From the NCBI GenBank assembly GCA_000004695.1, contig CM000151.3, positions 1,632,001 through 1,696,000 of the forward strand: a stretch of 64,000 nucleotides of DNA, read 5' to 3'. The translations under genes were made by a program, and so were the position numbers. This DNA is from Dictyostelium discoideum. Its lineage: Eukaryota. Positions within the stretch are counted from its first letter, which is position 1, and each line of letters starts with the position of its first letter. This document shows, in pieces, positions 61,500 through 64,000 of the stretch. The notes under the pieces were generated by a model that was not told the DNA's origin, ran no database searches, and saw only the letters and a program-made list of their open reading frames with translations.

Positions 61500-61683
61500 C
61501 CACTAAAACCACATAAATTGACGATTACCAATTTATATAAATTTTATTCATATTATTAAACAATTCTTTACATGTAAAAACAAAAACAATAAACTTTTTT
61601 TTTTTTTTTTTATATAAAACATATTATGATAAAAAAAATAATTAAATAATTAAAAAATAATTAAAAAAAAAAAAAAGAATAGA

Positions 61684-62052
61684 ATGGACCTATTTTTAAA
61701 AAACAATACATTATTTTCAGACTCTACAAGTAATACAACGATTTTTGGTAGTGAAACAACAAATCGTTATGAGCTTCAAGATAATGCTTTAGTTGTCTCA
61801 TTATTAATCAATACAGGTCTTTCTCTTTTAATACTTTTAGCATTTTGTATTTTAAGAAAAAGGTTTAAACTATTTTATCAGTATAGAGCTGAAAAACGTC
61901 AAAATGGTATCATAAGAGCACCTGGTACTGGTTTCATTTCTTGGATAAAAGATACTTATAAATATAACTCTGAAAATATTATTGAAATTTCTGGTTTAGT
62001 AAGTAAAAATAAATACATACACACATATGTCGACCCAAGCCCGATCACTAAC

Positions 62053-62131
<79 letters not shown>

Positions 62132-62551
62132 TATTATTTATAGGATAGTTATTTTTATTTAAGAAATGTAAAAACAAATTTTAAAATATTATTAACATTG
62201 ATGATAATTGGATGGGTAATGTTATTTCCAACAAATTCAAAAGGTAGATATAATGAAAATAGAAAAGTTCAACAAGATGGTACATTACCAGATCAAGTGA
62301 TTGGATTATCAACATTGTCAATGGGTAATATTGAAAGAGGTTCAAATTTATTATGGGTTCATTTTCTATTTGTATTTATCGTTACTTTGGTTGTAATGAT
62401 ATTTACATTTATTGATTATAAAGATTATGCTGATAAGAGAATTCAATATAGAAAATCAAAAAGATTATTGAACTATACAATTCTCTTAAGAGATATACCT
62501 GTAAATTTATTTTCAAAACAATGTTTAAAAGAATATTTTCAACAATTTTTA

Positions 62552-62614
<63 letters not shown>

Positions 62615-64000
62615 TTAAATTCATCTTCACCATCTTCATCATCATCTTTGTCAGCTTCTTCTTCATCTTCTTCAAAATCAATGTTAAATAATTCAATAAT
62701 TGATATATCATTACAATATCCAATACCAAATATACATTCATTAATTGATGAAAGGGAGTATTATGTAAAGAGATATGATTCGGTGGTGGCAGAGTATAAT
62801 AAGAGTAGAGTTAGACCAAGTAGGAAATCTGGTTTGTTTGGATTGTATGGTAAAAGGATTGATTCTATAGATTATTATAATGGTAAAATTAATGATATTG
62901 AAGTTGATATTCAAGATACTAAGACAAAGGCAGAGAGAGATTATCAAGATTTGATGAATAAGGAGAAATTACGTCAAGAATCTGGTGATGATGATGATCA
63001 TTCAATTAATATTTCATCAGAAGTTATAAATAGTTTGAAATCTGCTGGTAATGGTTTTATAATTTTTAAAGAGAGGAATAGTCAGAAGGAATTGGTTCAA
63101 ACTATAATTGAAAAACGTGATAATATTTTATTGAAGCGTTATTATGCACCTGATCCGAATGATGTATATTGGCCAAATATTCATATTGGTGGTAAACAAT
63201 TGTATATTAGAGGGTTGATAATCATGGTTTTGACATTTTTGTTGATTTTCTTTTATACCATTCCAATTACGTTCATCTCTGGGTTTAGTAATCTTGGCAC
63301 GTTGGCAAAGATTAAAGCGTTTTCTTGGCTGTTTACATTGATTAATAAGTCACCAACGTTGACTAGTTTCCTCACTGGTTTTCTTCCAGGTTTGGCATTG
63401 ATGATATTCTTGGCGTTGCTAGTACCGATATTGACAATGTTTTCAAGGTTCAGCGGATACTATTCGAAAAGTGCCATTGAGGCATCGATATTTTCAAAGT
63501 ATTTCCTTTTCTTGGTTTTCAATGTTTTCTTGGTTTCTGCTATTGCCGGCACGATATTTCAATCAATTAGTGCAATCATTGATAATCCACCATCGATTAC
63601 TACCACATTGGCAAATTCGTTGGGAGGTTTGTCATATGCTATGATCAATTATGTACTATTGGCTGCAACTAGTTTAACTATGAATCTATTGAGAATTAGT
63701 GATTTATTAGTGGACCAATTCAAATTGAAATTCATTTGTAAAACAAAGAGAGATATCGAAGATACTGAATCGACGGATCCTTTCAAATATGGCCAATTGT
63801 ATGCTTATAATCTATTGGTACTTCAATTATGTTTTGCTTATTCAACATTGTCGCCTTTTATATTGGTTTTTGGTGTTTGGTATTTTGGTGTATCCTATTT
63901 GGTTCACAAGTATAATATCATTTGGGTTAATAAACCTCACATAACTCAATTACTTTATCCAATGTCTTTTAGACGTACAATGATTGCTCTATTAATTTAT
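61684..64000 (+). CDS. OSCA/CSC1/TMEM63-family cation channel, second paralogue, 3'-truncated by the window end. Model: join(61684..61998,62144..>64000)
   Basis: Exon 1 is MDLFLKNNTLF...NALVVSLLINTGLSLLILLAFCILRKRFKLFYQYRAEKRQNG...TGFISWIKDTYKYNSENIIEISGL with a GTAAGT donor. The intron contains (TTA)n and the acceptor is TTTATAG at 62143. Exon 2 begins DSYFYLRNVK... (GLD junction motif). It continues open, with no stop, to position 64000, through RYYAPDPNDVYWPNIHIG and the 7TM region. It is about 60% identical to the minus-strand gene at 33521..36069. Confidence 0.75.
62054..62135. repeat. (TTA)n microsatellite, about 27 units, inside the intron of the second OSCA gene
   Basis: Seen in the sequence. 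Confidence 0.9.

Overview
This window is nuclear genomic DNA from a eukaryote, almost certainly a dictyostelid social amoeba (Dictyostelium discoideum-like).

Evidence for that call:
- Intergenic and intron sequence is about 85-90% A+T.
- Introns are short (80-310 nt), with GTAAGT/GTATGT/GTAAAT donors and poly-T...AG acceptors.
- Pure (AAT)n and (CAA)n codon repeats are very common, giving poly-Asn and poly-Gln runs of 30-70 residues.
- G-box-like GGGTGTG elements sit near gene starts.

I found no rRNA, tRNA, CRISPR array or intact transposon. Because the six-frame ORF track ignores splicing, I rebuilt multi-exon gene models by hand from splice-site consensus, phase continuity and protein-family knowledge.

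About 24 protein-coding genes are supported, listed 5' to 3':
- A partial C-terminal CDS fragment.
- An FG-repeat nucleoporin-like protein.
- A five-exon TRAF-like protein (RING, TRAF zinc fingers, MATH).
- A three-exon HEAT-repeat protein of about 1520 aa.
- Sar1 GTPase (three exons).
- Arp2 (two exons).
- An SPRY / UBZ4 / RING-H2 E3-ligase-like protein (four exons).
- A low-complexity coiled-coil ORF.
- PP6 catalytic subunit (three exons).
- A three-exon type I membrane protein.
- A 1720-aa CLU-domain + TPR protein.
- A papain-family cysteine protease (two exons).
- An OSCA/CSC1/TMEM63-type channel on the minus strand.
- A tandem pair of NADP-isocitrate dehydrogenases, cytosolic-type then mitochondrial-type.
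- An IPT/TIG-containing Q/N-rich putative transcription factor.
- An armadillo + BTB/BACK protein.
- An SPT2-like chromatin protein.
- A tandem pair of short-chain acyl-CoA synthetase (ANL) paralogs.
- A BTB/BACK protein with a C-terminal beta-sandwich domain.
- A two-exon PET117-like micro-protein that is absent from the ORF track.
- A second OSCA/CSC1 paralog on the plus strand, truncated by the window end.

Observations worth a second look:
- Inverted OSCA paralogs bracket a 25-kb block.
- In one of the tandem acyl-CoA synthetase copies a 1-nt indel disrupts the start codon.
- The isocitrate dehydrogenases form a cytosolic + mitochondrial tandem pair.
- Rare GC-rich, G4-like and hairpin islands sit in otherwise AT-rich intergenic DNA.
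- A structured inverted-repeat cluster lies at 570-725.
- Several candidate small genes are invisible to simple ORF calling.
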